A DNA stretch of 51,686 nt. Source: Clostridia bacterium. Its GTDB lineage: Bacteria > Bacillota > Clostridia > Oscillospirales > CAG-272. Location of the stretch: contig JAFWAA010000031.1 of the NCBI GenBank assembly GCA_017507905.1, forward strand, positions 1-51,686. Reading direction: 5' to 3'. A model generated the notes under the pieces. The model did no database searches, was not told where the DNA came from, and saw only the letters and a list, made by a program, of their open reading frames with translations. This document shows, one piece after another, positions 1 to 9,795 of this stretch (the first letter of the stretch is position 1; every line of letters begins with the position of its first letter). The translations under genes were made by a program, and so were the position numbers.

Positions 1-234
1 CTCGGCTGCCTGCTTCTTGGTACCAACGAACAGGATGGTGCCATTGTTCTCGGAAAGCTCACGAACGTAGTTGTAAGCCTCGTCGAACTTCTTAACGGTC
101 TTCTGCAGGTCGATAATGTAGATACCGTTTCTTTCGGTGAAAATGTACTCCTGCATTTTGGGGTTCCATCTTCTGGTGTGGTGTCCGAAATGAACACCTG
201 CTTCAAGCAGCTGCTTGATCGAGATAACAGACAT
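1..234 (-). CDS. rpsB: 30S ribosomal protein S2, N-terminal part (runs off window)
   Basis: Manual translation [27 protein letters not shown]...IIDLQKT...[10 protein letters not shown], the S2 signature. AAGGAGG RBS upstream. Not in the ORF track because it is truncated. Confidence 0.98.
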   Translation of the reverse strand, partial: MSVISIKQLLEAGVHFGHHTRRWNPKMQEYIFTERNGIYIIDLQKTVKKFDEAYNYVRELSENNGTILFVGTKKQAAE

Positions 235-244
235 TTTAATGTCC

Positions 245-335
245 TCCTTCGGTTTTTTCCACCACCGCAACGCATTGCAAAAACCATGAAAAGTCATGGC
301 ACCGCCGCAATGTTCGTCCGGTGTGTGTGATATTT
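245..335 (-). ncRNA. rpsB 5' leader, putative S2 autoregulatory RNA element
   Basis: About 145-nt leader with ACACAC...GGUGC...hairpins...GGAAAAAACC before the RBS. This matches the remembered layout of rpsB leaders; boundaries are approximate. Confidence 0.6.
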
Positions 336-384
336 ATTTTGCCCTGCGGACCGACAAAAGTCGATTGCAACGCAATTACAATAG

Positions 385-413
385 ATTATAGCACATCTCT
401 TATTTTTTTGCAA
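385..413 (-). promoter_or_regulatory. sigma-A promoter of rpsB
   Basis: TTGCAA-17bp-TATAAT with extended TG on the minus strand. Confidence 0.8.
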
Positions 414-510
414 TACCCTTTTCCTTTGTTAACAGTTTTTTTACATTTTTCCAAGGAATTCTCATAAAAAAAGAAGCGCCTGCGGGCAAAAAGCGCAAGC
501 GCTTGTCGCG

Positions 511-801
511 TCAGAGCCATTTGTGCTTTTTCTTTCCGCCGCAACCGCAGGCCGAAAGCTCCTGATGCGTCATGCGCACGAGGACCGTATCCTCGCCGAT
601 GCACTCGATCCTATTCCAAGGGATCACGAGATCCTCCCCCTTCCCGATCCCGAAAAAGCCGCAGCTCCCCTCAACGATCAGGGCAAGGATCCTCGCATCG
701 TCACAGTCAAATTCAAAATCCGTTGCGTATCCCAAGCGCACGCCGTCGCAAAGATTGACGATCTCCAGGCGGCGCAGATCCGCGGTGCTGCAACGCTTCA
801 T
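511..801 (-). CDS. YlmC/YmxH family sporulation protein (PRC-barrel)
   Basis: Motif pattern DLRRLEIVNLCDGVRLG...D.EFD...GEDLVIPWNRIECIGEDTVLV. AAGGAGG RBS. Confidence 0.9.
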   Translation of the reverse strand: MKRCSTADLRRLEIVNLCDGVRLGYATDFEFDCDDARILALIVEGSCGFFGIGKGEDLVIPWNRIECIGEDTVLVRMTHQELSACGCGGKKKHKWL

Positions 802-845
802 TCACAGCGTCCTCCTTCCAAAGAGGCTCAAGGCCCTCCACGGAC

Positions 846-853
846 AGTATATG
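846..853 (-). promoter_or_regulatory. possible sporulation sigma (sigma-E/K type) -10 box
   Basis: CATATACT upstream of the ylmC-like gene. The -35 match is weak. Confidence 0.35.
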
Positions 854-913
854 CAGAGGAAGGAATTTACTTGGCTGTCCGCATTGCGTTTCCCTATTTT
901 TTTATAACGCGTG

Positions 914-967
914 AAAAAAAGGAGAACGCCGCCCCATGGGAGAACCCGTGGGACGGCTTCTTTTTTT
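914..967. terminator. intrinsic terminator after clpE-like gene
   Basis: Imperfect GC stem (GCCG-CCCCATGGG / CCCGTGGGA-CGGC) flanked by A7 and T-run. Confidence 0.75.
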
Positions 968-970
968 GGT

Positions 971-3298
971 TCAGAGGCAGTGGATCACGAAATCTCCGTC
1001 ACGAACGTCGATCTTGGCAGCGGTAAACTGCTTTTTGTAGTCGGCAATAATCTGCGCGGCAAGGCGATCCTCGATCTCTCGCTGGATATAGCGGCGCATA
1101 TTCCTTGCTCCGTATTTGCGCGAGAAGGATTGCTCGGCAATACGGGAAAGGACGGCGTCGGTATACAGCAGCGTGATCTCCTTTTCGCCAAGGGAAAACT
1201 TCAGCTCCTCCATCATGATGCGGGCAATCCGACGGAAATCCTGCTCGTCCAGCGAGCGGAAGGTGATGATCTCGTCCACGCGATTGATGAATTCCGGACG
1301 CAGGAAGGCCTCCAGCGCCTTTTGCGTTTTGTCCTGCTCCATGGCGGCGGTGCCTGTCGAAAAGCCTGCCAGAGCGGACGAGCGGTCCGATCCTGCGTTG
1401 GTGGTCATCACGATGACGGTGTTTTCAAAGTTGACGGTCTTTCCTCTGGCGTCGGTGATGCGTCCGTCGTCCAGGATCTGCAGGAGAATATTGAGCACGT
1501 CGGGATGCGCCTTTTCGATCTCGTCAAAGAGGACGACCGAATAGGGACGGCGGCGGATCTTTTCGGTCAGCTGGCCTGCCTCGTCGTAGCCCACGTATCC
1601 GGGAGGCGCTCCGATGATGCGGGAGACCGAATGCTTCTCCATAAATTCCGACATATCCAGGCGGATCAGCGTTTCGGGAGAGTGGAAAAGATCGTTTGCC
1701 AGGGTCTTGACCAGCTCGGTCTTTCCGACACCCGTAGGTCCTGCAAAGATGAAGGAGACCGGCTTTCGCTTGTACGCGATCCCCGCGCGGCTGCGCTTGA
1801 TGGCGCGTGCGACCGCCTCAACGGCGGCGTCCTGCCCGATGATGTGCTCCTTGAGACGGGCCTCGAGCTTGTCGATCTGCTCGTACTCGTTTTCGGTGAT
1901 GCTGGTGGCGGGGATCCCCGTCCACAGCTCGATCACGCGGGCAACCTCCTCCTCGGTCAGAAGGATCTTTCCTGCCTCACCTTCAAGCTCGGTCAGGCGT
2001 GCCGAAAGCTTCAGCTCGTCGGCACGGATCTTGGCAATCTCCTCGTAGCGTCCCTGCTCGGCAGAGGCGTTCCCTGCGATCTCGCCCTCCAGATCCTCTC
2101 GCTTTTGCTTGAGGTCAAGAAGCTTGTCGCGGATCTCGTAGGTCTCGTTGATGGGCGCGGAGGAAAGCGAAAGGCTTGACGCGGCCTCATCGAGAAGGTC
2201 GATCGCCTTGTCGGGCAGATAGCGGTCGGTGATATAGCGCTCGGAGAGCGTGACGATACGGCGCAGGAGCGGATCGGGCACGAGAATGCCGTGAAATTCC
2301 TCGTAGTAATGCTTGATCCCGCGAAGCATCTCCACCGTTTCGGCAAGAGAGGGCTCGTTGACCGTGACGGGCTGGAAGCGGCGCTCAAGCGCGGTATCCT
2401 TTTCGATATATTTGCGATATTCGTTGAGGGTGGTGGCACCGATGATCTGTACCTCGCCGCGCGAGAGTGCGGGCTTGAGGATATTGGCGGCATTGACGCT
2501 TCCCTCTGCCTCGCCCGTGCCCACGATGTTGTGGACCTCGTCGATCACCAGGATTGCGTTGCCCACCTCGCGAACCTCGTTGAGAAGGCCGAGAATGCGC
2601 GACTCAAACTGTCCGCGGAACTGTGTTCCCGCAACGAGCGCGGTCATATCCAGAAGATAGATCTCCTTGCCGCGGAGCTTGTAGGGGACGTTGCCCTCGA
2701 CGATGCGCATGGCAAGCGCCTCGGCGATGGCCGTCTTGCCGACGCCTGGCTCACCGATCAGGCAAGGATTGTTTTTCTGACGGCGGCAGAGGATCTGGAT
2801 CACGCGCATCAGCTCGCTCTCGCGACCGATGATGCGGTCCAGACGTCCGTCTCTTGCGTATTGGGTCAGGTTTCGGCTGTAAAGTGGAAGGAACTTGAGC
2901 TTTTTGGCATCCTTTTCCTTCTTTTTATTTGCCTTTCCCTCACCGCTCGGGGCATCTGCGTGCGGCGTGACCGCGCCCTCCTGCTTGCTCATCAATCCCG
3001 CATCGCGGAAGAGCTTAGGCAGGTCAATGGCAGGCGCACCGCCGTCGGAGGTGTCGTCCGAGTCGGAGGGAGGAGTGATGGGCTGCTCCATCATGGCAGT
3101 CAGCTCCTCCTCAGCATTCTGGAGCTGATCGGGAGAGATGCCGAACTGATTCATTACGTTTCCAACGATGTTGTCTACGGGAACGCCAAGCTCTCTTGCG
3201 CATTTCAGGCAAAGTCCCTTGGTGGCCTTCTCACCGTTTTCCATCTTGGTAACGAAGATAACTGCCATTCGTTTCTGGCATTGAGAACATAAAACCAT
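971..3298 (-). CDS. Class I Clp ATPase with N-terminal Zn finger (ClpE-like)
   Basis: Two AAA+ modules ([16 protein letters not shown]; Walker B IDEVH, FDEIEK), a coiled-coil middle domain, N-terminal CxxC...CxxC and an AGF ClpP-docking-like loop. Confidence 0.88.
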   Translation of the reverse strand: MVLCSQCQKRMAVIFVTKMENGEKATKGLCLKCARELGVPVDNIVGNVMNQFGISPDQLQNAEEELTAMMEQPITPPSDSDDTSDGGAPAIDLPKLFRDAGLMSKQEGAVTPHADAPSGEGKANKKKEKDAKKLKFLPLYSRNLTQYARDGRLDRIIGRESELMRVIQILCRRQKNNPCLIGEPGVGKTAIAEALAMRIVEGNVPYKLRGKEIYLLDMTALVAGTQFRGQFESRILGLLNEVREVGNAILVIDEVHNIVGTGEAEGSVNAANILKPALSRGEVQIIGATTLNEYRKYIEKDTALERRFQPVTVNEPSLAETVEMLRGIKHYYEEFHGILVPDPLLRRIVTLSERYITDRYLPDKAIDLLDEAASSLSLSSAPINETYEIRDKLLDLKQKREDLEGEIAGNASAEQGRYEEIAKIRADELKLSARLTELEGEAGKILLTEEEVARVIELWTGIPATSITENEYEQIDKLEARLKEHIIGQDAAVEAVARAIKRSRAGIAYKRKPVSFIFAGPTGVGKTELVKTLANDLFHSPETLIRLDMSEFMEKHSVSRIIGAPPGYVGYDEAGQLTEKIRRRPYSVVLFDEIEKAHPDVLNILLQILDDGRITDARGKTVNFENTVIVMTTNAGSDRSSALAGFSTGTAAMEQDKTQKALEAFLRPEFINRVDEIITFRSLDEQDFRRIARIMMEELKFSLGEKEITLLYTDAVLSRIAEQSFSRKYGARNMRRYIQREIEDRLAAQIIADYKKQFTAAKIDVRDGDFVIHCL

Positions 3299-3359
3299 AA
3301 GATTCTTGCTTTAGCCGTTACAAACGGCTCCTTTCTTGATATGCGGTCCTGCCGACGGA

Positions 3360-4070
3360 TCAGCCAAGCAGGTTCTTGAGCAGAACGCCGCCAACGTCAA
3401 GGAAGCGCAACGCCTGCAGGAGGAAGGAATCGCCGAAGAAGCGGACGACAAAGGAGTTGAGATAGATCGGTGCGTGGCCAAAGAAGAGCTTGACGACGGA
3501 TGCGGCCATCAGCAAAAGCATGAGCGCAAGCACAAGTCCCCAAAGAAAACCCAGGAGAGTGTTGATGCGATCGAGAAGCTTGATCTTTTTGGCAAGACCG
3601 TCCACGATCTTGACCACAAACCAAAGGCCGATGAGCGAAAGCACGAACACGACCACGTAGCCGAGAAGATTGGAAAGAAGCGTGGCGATAGGGCTCGTGA
3701 TCACGTCGGTGAGCGTATCCACAAGCTCAAGTCCGCTTCCCTCTGCGGCGGCAAGACGTGCCTGCAGTTCCTCGGTCAGAAGGAATTTGGGGATCAGCCC
3801 GCTGACCTTTTCTGCGCCGAAGGCAGCCTCGGCCTCAAGGTAGAGCGCCTCGACGCGCCCGTAAACCGCACCGCGAACGGCGCCGTGGATAAACCAATCA
3901 AAGAAGAGCTTGCCGACCTGTGTGCCGAGCAGATACGCCAGCACGATGGAGAGGATCCATCTGGCCGAGCGGATCAGATTGGCAATAAAGCCGCGCTTGG
4001 CGCTGACCAGGATAAGGATAACGGCAACGGCAACGAAAATGATGTCAAGAAGAATAGGGGCGAATGACAT
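3360..4070 (-). CDS. CvpA family membrane protein
   Basis: Start reassigned to MSFAPILLDII (GGAG RBS). Motifs SAKRGFI and DRINTLLGFLWG, with 4-5 TM segments. Confidence 0.8.
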   Translation of the reverse strand: MSFAPILLDIIFVAVAVILILVSAKRGFIANLIRSARWILSIVLAYLLGTQVGKLFFDWFIHGAVRGAVYGRVEALYLEAEAAFGAEKVSGLIPKFLLTEELQARLAAAEGSGLELVDTLTDVITSPIATLLSNLLGYVVVFVLSLIGLWFVVKIVDGLAKKIKLLDRINTLLGFLWGLVLALMLLLMAASVVKLFFGHAPIYLNSFVVRFFGDSFLLQALRFLDVGGVLLKNLLG

Positions 4071-4122
4071 GGGGGTCTCCTTTCTGCAAAAAAAGCATTT
4101 GATGGACGTTTTACGGTATGGA

Positions 4123-5346
4123 TCATCTTGAGGGAATCTTGACGTATTCCGCCTTCTTGGCGGTGCATAAAAGGACCTCGTCGCGTCCGATGGCAAGCAT
4201 GATCCTGCCGTCGGCGCGCATGGGATAAAGGGTTGAGGTGCCGCCTCCCGCCCGCACGGCACGAATGCCCTCGGCGCTCAGAAGAAAGGCGGTATTCCCT
4301 GCACGCGAGATCTGCGTCGTGCCCTCGGCAAAGCGTTCCTCTGCGAGAACGCGGCAATCCTTGCCAAAGAGGATCACGGTGTCCTCGGTGGACATCAGCG
4401 AATCGCGCAGGGCGACCGTGATTCCGTCGGCTGTGCAGGAGGCACAGGCAAGGGTGAGCCCCTCAAAGGAATAGGAATTCTGCACGCGGCCGTTCTGGTT
4501 CAGGGCGTAGACACCCTCTGCCGTCAGGACCGAAAGCGTATTACCCTCGGTAAAGGCGCAGGAAAGTCCGAGCGCCGAGCCAACCTCGGCCGTTGCCTTG
4601 AACTCTTTCTCTCCCGGCTCGCAAAGCGCGACCTCGGTAGAAAAGACACCGTTTCGGGTGCCCGAGGTCAGAAGGGCCAGGAGCGTTCCCTTTTCATTGA
4701 TGGCAACGTCGGTCACGTATCCGCTGCGTGCAAAGCGGTTGATTAGGGTGAAATTATCGTTGTAGAGATAAACCTCCGAAACGTACTGCGCGGAGGAGGA
4801 GATGATCGCGTACATTCCCGAGTCCGAAACGGCTGCTCCGCTGATGGGATATTCCGTCTCTCCCGCATAGACCTGCGTGTAGGAATTGTAGAGCGAATAC
4901 TTGGTGCCGCCAAGCTCGTAGACGAGCAGATATTTGCCCGTTCCCACCGCCATGGGGTGCTGGTAGGAGACCGTTTTGCTGACCGTCTGCCGCCCTGCGG
5001 CCGTGAAGATGGTCACCGATCGGTTCCCCGCAACGGCAAGCCCGTTTCGGTAAAGCGTGAAGGATTGCTCGGTGTCGGTCGGATAGGAGACGGCGTCGGT
5101 ATTGATGACGTCCACCCCCTCGACCGAGGCGTTGAGATCCTTGAAGAAGCGGTAGAAGTTCTGGTAGGTGATCAGCTCGGTGTTGGACAGGAAGGAAAGC
5201 ACCACGAAGGCAAAGAGCGAGAAATACAGAATGACCTGAAAAATACCCAATCGCTCAGAAATATGCTCATAGTAGGGATTTTGCGCGTGGTCGGCAGGAT
5301 CCGTTTGTGGATCATGGCGGATCAGGGCCTTGATCTTTCGCTTCAT
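4123..5346 (-). CDS. Membrane-anchored beta-propeller-like protein (DUF5711-like)
   Basis: One N-terminal TM helix followed by repeated beta-rich blades, upstream of cvpA as remembered for clostridial DUF5711. Confidence 0.55.
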   Translation of the reverse strand: MKRKIKALIRHDPQTDPADHAQNPYYEHISERLGIFQVILYFSLFAFVVLSFLSNTELITYQNFYRFFKDLNASVEGVDVINTDAVSYPTDTEQSFTLYRNGLAVAGNRSVTIFTAAGRQTVSKTVSYQHPMAVGTGKYLLVYELGGTKYSLYNSYTQVYAGETEYPISGAAVSDSGMYAIISSSAQYVSEVYLYNDNFTLINRFARSGYVTDVAINEKGTLLALLTSGTRNGVFSTEVALCEPGEKEFKATAEVGSALGLSCAFTEGNTLSVLTAEGVYALNQNGRVQNSYSFEGLTLACASCTADGITVALRDSLMSTEDTVILFGKDCRVLAEERFAEGTTQISRAGNTAFLLSAEGIRAVRAGGGTSTLYPMRADGRIMLAIGRDEVLLCTAKKAEYVKIPSR

Positions 5347-5380
5347 GCGGCGTCTCCTTTCGTCAGAGTGGAAGGCAAGG

Positions 5381-6154
5381 TCAGGTAAGGTCGTGCGGAT
5401 AGACTACGCGGTTAAGGTAGAGTCCGCAGGCGGGAGCGGTTGCCCCAGCCTTTGTGCGGTCACGCCCTTGGGTAATGCGAGGGACGTCCTCGGGAGAGAG
5501 CTTTCCCTGCCCGACCGCGGCAAGCGTTCCGGCAAGAATGCGCACCATATTGTAGAGAAATCCGTCCGCCGAGACGCGGTAGATCAAAAGGTCACCCTCG
5601 CGAAGCATCTCGGAGCGGTAGACCGTGCGCACGGTGTCCACGACCTTCGAGCCCTGTGCCATATAGGCGGCAAAATCCTGCTTGCCGCAAAGGGTTTTGG
5701 CGGCCTCGCTCATGCGCAAGAAGGCCTCCTCGCTGCCAAGGGTCGGAAGATGATAGGCACGCTCCTCCTCGAAGGGATCGCGAATGCGTCCCGTGTAGAA
5801 GCGGTACAGGTATTCCTTCTCAATCACGTCGTAGCGTGCGTGGAACTCCTCGCTCACCCATCTCGCGTCAAAGACGGCAATATCTGCGGGCAGATGCGCC
5901 GAGAGTGCGTGCGGAATGCGCTCGACGGGGATATCGGTCGCGAGGTAATTGGTTCCCTTTTTGGCAACGGTCGCGCAAAAAAGATTGGCGTGTACGCCGC
6001 TATCGGTGCGGCTGCAGCCCACCACGTCACAGGCATACCCAAAGACCGCAAGAGAGGCCTCGTTGAGCCTTTGCTGAACGGTGACGCCGTTCGGCTGGAC
6101 CTGATAGCCGCAGTAGTGCGTGCCGATATAGCGGATCTTCAATAGGATCTTCAT
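5381..6154 (-). CDS. truA: tRNA pseudouridine(38-40) synthase
   Basis: GCSRTDSGVHA catalytic Asp motif, FHARY, GFLYNMVR. Follows ecfT. Confidence 0.97.
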   Translation of the reverse strand: MKILLKIRYIGTHYCGYQVQPNGVTVQQRLNEASLAVFGYACDVVGCSRTDSGVHANLFCATVAKKGTNYLATDIPVERIPHALSAHLPADIAVFDARWVSEEFHARYDVIEKEYLYRFYTGRIRDPFEEERAYHLPTLGSEEAFLRMSEAAKTLCGKQDFAAYMAQGSKVVDTVRTVYRSEMLREGDLLIYRVSADGFLYNMVRILAGTLAAVGQGKLSPEDVPRITQGRDRTKAGATAPACGLYLNRVVYPHDLT

Positions 6155-6162
6155 CGGTCACC

Positions 6163-6987
6163 TCACGAAAGGTGCGGGCCGATGCCCAGTCGGTTGAGGA
6201 AGAAGACGCCAACGCCGAAGGAAAGCATAAGCAGAACGGCAACGAGATCCGAGGCACGGTAGTGCAGGACCTTAAGTCGGGTCCTTCCCTCGTCTCCGTG
6301 ATAGCAACGGCACTCCATGGCCGACGCCAGATCGAAGGCGCGGTTAAAGGCGGACACGAAAAGCGGGATCAGAATGGGGATCAGCGCCTTTGCGCGGTTG
6401 ATCAGACTTCCCGTAGAGAAGCTTGCTCCGCGTGCGCGCTGGGCGTTCATGATCTTTTCGGTCTCCTCGGTCAACGTCGGGATAAACCGAAGTGCTATGG
6501 TCATCATCATGGCAAAATCGTGCACGGGGATCTTGATCTTTTTGAGGGGAGACAAAAGCCGCTCAAGCGCGTCGGTCAGGGCGATGGGCGTTGTGGTGTA
6601 GGTCAGAAAGATGCCCGTTCCCAGGATCAGTGCCGAAATGCGGAGCACCATAAAGAGGGCGTTCCAAAGTCCCTCGGCGTAGATCTTGATGCGCCAATCC
6701 GCAGGGGTCAGCAGATGCTCTCCCTTGGTCATAAAGATGTTAATGACCGAGGTAAAGACGATGATAAAGAGTATGGGGCGCATGGAGCGCAGGATCAGAC
6801 GGAGCGGCAGGTGGCTCAGCACCACCAGAACAAGCGCCGACAGAACAAGGCAGGCAAAGGAGATCGCATTCTTGCACAAAAAGGTGCAAACGATATACAG
6901 GATCGCCAGGATCACCTTGGCTCGCGGATCCATGCGGTGGAGAGGAGAATCGGCAGGATAGTACTGCCCAAAAGCAACGTTTTTCAT
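6163..6987 (-). CDS. ecfT: ECF transporter transmembrane component T
   Basis: LHRMDPRAK, ALRFIP and two XRX motifs (ARG, CRC). Confidence 0.95.
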   Translation of the reverse strand: MKNVAFGQYYPADSPLHRMDPRAKVILAILYIVCTFLCKNAISFACLVLSALVLVVLSHLPLRLILRSMRPILFIIVFTSVINIFMTKGEHLLTPADWRIKIYAEGLWNALFMVLRISALILGTGIFLTYTTTPIALTDALERLLSPLKKIKIPVHDFAMMMTIALRFIPTLTEETEKIMNAQRARGASFSTGSLINRAKALIPILIPLFVSAFNRAFDLASAMECRCYHGDEGRTRLKVLHYRASDLVAVLLMLSFGVGVFFLNRLGIGPHLS

Positions 6988-7039
6988 ATGGTCTTACAGA
7001 ACGTATCCTTTCCCATGATAAAATCGGACAAAGAGGAGA

Positions 7040-7981
7040 TCACTCGGCAAAGAGCGCCTGCACGGCTAAGACGGCGTCCTCGACCGTATAGATGTTTTCG
7101 GGCAGAGGGACACCGCGCTCGCGCAAAAGGCGAACGAGATGCGTGATCTGCGGAATATCCAGCCCCGCATCGGTCAGCTCCTGCGTATGGGAGAAGATCT
7201 CACGGCGCTCGCCCTGCATCAAAACGCGCGCATCGCCCATGACGACGACGTCATCACAGTAGCGTGCCATATCCTCCATGCTGTGGCTGACGATCAGCAC
7301 GGTGGAGCCCGTCGTTCGCTGATAGCGCAGAATGCCGTCCAGAATACGCGTTCTTCCCGCAGGATCAAGGCCTGCGGCAGGCTCATCCAGCACCAGCACC
7401 TCGGGGCGCATGGCGATCACGCCGGCAAGTGCCACGCGGCGCTTCTGTCCGCCCGAGAGATCAAAGGGAGACTTTTGCAAAAGCTCCTCGTCAAGGCCTG
7501 CAAATCTTGCGGCCTCGCGTACGCGCAGACCGATCTCCTCCTCGGAGAGCTTCATGTTGCGCGGACCGAAGGCAATATCCTTCTCCACCGTCTCCTCAAA
7601 GAGCTGGTATTCGGGATACTGCATGACAAGGCCGACACGGAAGCAAAGCTCGGCGCGTCGGCGCGCCACCTCACGGCGGATCGCCTTTTTGCGCGCGCCC
7701 TTGGAAAGATGGGCGTATTCGGGGAGTGCAGACCACTCCTCATACAGATCCTCCGCCTTGGCGTTAATGTCATAGCCGTCCAGAAAAACGCGTCCGGAGG
7801 TCGGCTCGGCAAGCCCGTTGAGCAGCTGCATCATGGTGGACTTTCCCGAGCCGGTGTGTCCGATGATGCCCGTGACGCATCCTGCACGAATGGAAAGTGA
7901 AACGTTATCCAGGGCGACCTGCTCAAAGGGGAGGCCGCGGTTATAAACGTAGCTGACGTTCTCCAAGCGGATCTTATCCAT
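7040..7981 (-). CDS. ecfA2: ECF transporter ATPase A2
   Basis: GHTGSGKS, QYPEYQLF, LSGGQKRR, LDEP. Confidence 0.95.
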   Translation of the reverse strand: MDKIRLENVSYVYNRGLPFEQVALDNVSLSIRAGCVTGIIGHTGSGKSTMMQLLNGLAEPTSGRVFLDGYDINAKAEDLYEEWSALPEYAHLSKGARKKAIRREVARRRAELCFRVGLVMQYPEYQLFEETVEKDIAFGPRNMKLSEEEIGLRVREAARFAGLDEELLQKSPFDLSGGQKRRVALAGVIAMRPEVLVLDEPAAGLDPAGRTRILDGILRYQRTTGSTVLIVSHSMEDMARYCDDVVVMGDARVLMQGERREIFSHTQELTDAGLDIPQITHLVRLLRERGVPLPENIYTVEDAVLAVQALFAE

Positions 7982-8867
7982 GGCACTTCCCTCCCTTCTC
8001 TGCGTGTCTCCCGAGCGCCGCGACGATCAGATCAGCGCAGGACTCTGCAGAGGAGATGCGCTCTCCGGGAATGTCGATCCCCGCCTCACGCAAGCGGCAG
8101 AGCAGCTCGGTGCATTGCGGGACCTCAAGGCCCACCTCGCAAAGCCTTTGCCGCTGAGCAAAGACCTCGTCGGGCGTTCCGTCGGCCAGGAGCGTTCCGT
8201 CGTTGATGACGATCACGCGGTCTGCCTCGGCGGCCTCGTTCATGTAGTGCGTAATATTCAGTATGGTGATGCCAAACTCGCGATTGAGCATACGGAGCGT
8301 GCGCAGCACCTCGCGTCTGCCGCTCGGATCAAGCATGGCGGTGGCCTCGTCAAAGACGATGCACTTGGGCATCATGGCAAGGATCCCCGCGATCGCCACG
8401 CGCTGCTTCTGTCCTCCCGAGAGGCGATGCGGCTCGTGCTGGGCGTAGGCGGTCATATCCAGCGCCTCAAGCGCCTCGTCCACGCGGGTGCGCAGCTCGG
8501 GATGCGGAATGCCGAGATTTTCGGGGCCGAAGGCCACGTCCTCCTCAACGATGGTGGCAACCAGCTGGTTATCGGGATTCTGGAAGACCATGCCAACGTT
8601 TCGGCGAAGCTCGAGAAGCTCCTTCTCGCCGATGCTAGGCGCGGTCAGATCCATTCCCGCAACGGTAAGCCTTCCCGAGGTCGGCTCAAGCAGAAGATTG
8701 AGCAGCTTGGCGAAGGTGGACTTTCCCGAGCCGTTGTGCCCGAGGACGGCCACATATTCCCCTTTATAAATGTCCAGAGTGATCCCCTTAAGCGCCGGCT
8801 GTGCGTCCGGCCCCTCTGCATCGTAGGTAAAGCAGAGATCCTCTGTATGAATAAACAGTTCAGGCAA
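7974..8867 (-). CDS. ecfA1: ECF transporter ATPase A1
   Basis: GHNGSGKS, FQNPDNQ, LSGGQKQR. TTG start chosen from a GGAAAGGAG RBS. Confidence 0.93.
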   Translation of the reverse strand: MPELFIHTEDLCFTYDAEGPDAQPALKGITLDIYKGEYVAVLGHNGSGKSTFAKLLNLLLEPTSGRLTVAGMDLTAPSIGEKELLELRRNVGMVFQNPDNQLVATIVEEDVAFGPENLGIPHPELRTRVDEALEALDMTAYAQHEPHRLSGGQKQRVAIAGILAMMPKCIVFDEATAMLDPSGRREVLRTLRMLNREFGITILNITHYMNEAAEADRVIVINDGTLLADGTPDEVFAQRQRLCEVGLEVPQCTELLCRLREAGIDIPGERISSAESCADLIVAALGRHAEKGGKCHG

Positions 8868-8905
8868 GTGTTTGCTCCTTTCCACGGCGAACGCCGTGAT
8901 TTGCA

Positions 8906-9772
8906 TTATCGCTCAAGAACCCAGCGCGAGCTTGCTCCGCAGGGCAAAAATCCGCCCGTGGAGGAAACGCGAAGGCCAAGCTCTCCCGACTCGGTAACAC
9001 CGCCAAAGCGGCGTCCGATCTTCAGATCCACCAGATAGTGCATGGTCATGGCGGAGAGCCCCGTGGTATAGGAATTGAGCAGGAAGAAGAGCGGCTTGTC
9101 AGAAAGCAACTTTGACGTCAGCTCCAAAAGCTCGTCGATGCTGTCCTCCAGCTTCCAGATCTCTCCGTTCGGACCTCTGCCGTAGGAGGGCGGATCCATG
9201 ATGATGCCCTCGTAGGTATGTCCGCGGCGGATCTCTCGCTCCACGAATTTTTTGCAATCGTCAACGATGTAGCGAATGGGGGCTCCGCCAAGGCCCGAAA
9301 GCGCGGCGTTCTCCTTGGCCTGCGCCACGATCCCCTTGGAGGCGTCCACGTGCACCACGGACGCGCCCGCGGCTGCGGCGGCAAGCGTTGCGCCTCCCGT
9401 GTAGGCAAAGAGATTGAGCACGCGAATGGGACGCTCCTCCTTGCGGATCAGCGCGGAAAACCAATCCCAGTTTGCCGCCTGCTCGGGAAACAGGCCCGTA
9501 TGCTTAAATCCCATGGGACGAAGCAAAAAGCCAAGCTCGCCGTAACGAATGGTCCAGGATTCGGGAAGCTGATTCTTGACCCAAGCGCCGCCTCCCGTGG
9601 AGGAACGGCGGTAAATACCGTCGGCACGCTTCCACATCGGATGCTTGCCGGCTCCCTTCCAGATGATCTGCGGATCGGGGCGGATCAGGATCAGATCTCC
9701 CCAGCGCTCCAGGCGCTCGCCGTCCGAGGCGTCAAGCAGCTCATAGTCCTTCCAGTGTTCAGAATACCACAT
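8906..9772 (-). CDS. Class I SAM-dependent methyltransferase (RlmI/YwbD-like)
   Basis: GLFPEQ, VLNLFAYTGG, DPPSY motifs. Confidence 0.85.
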   Translation of the reverse strand: MWYSEHWKDYELLDASDGERLERWGDLILIRPDPQIIWKGAGKHPMWKRADGIYRRSSTGGGAWVKNQLPESWTIRYGELGFLLRPMGFKHTGLFPEQAANWDWFSALIRKEERPIRVLNLFAYTGGATLAAAAAGASVVHVDASKGIVAQAKENAALSGLGGAPIRYIVDDCKKFVEREIRRGHTYEGIIMDPPSYGRGPNGEIWKLEDSIDELLELTSKLLSDKPLFFLLNSYTTGLSAMTMHYLVDLKIGRRFGGVTESGELGLRVSSTGGFLPCGASSRWVLER

Positions 9773-9795
9773 CGTTTTTTATCCTTCCGTGTCTG

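Noticed and set aside
326-333. GTGATATT in the rpsB leader as another array unit
   Set aside because: A single copy inside the conserved leader with no flanking GNA hairpin; probably chance.
911-3292. Plus-strand ORFs (422 and 333 aa) opposite the ClpE-like gene, and similar shadows opposite rel, recJ, clpC, gltX and glnS
   Set aside because: Antisense artefacts; the opposite strand carries clear conserved proteins.
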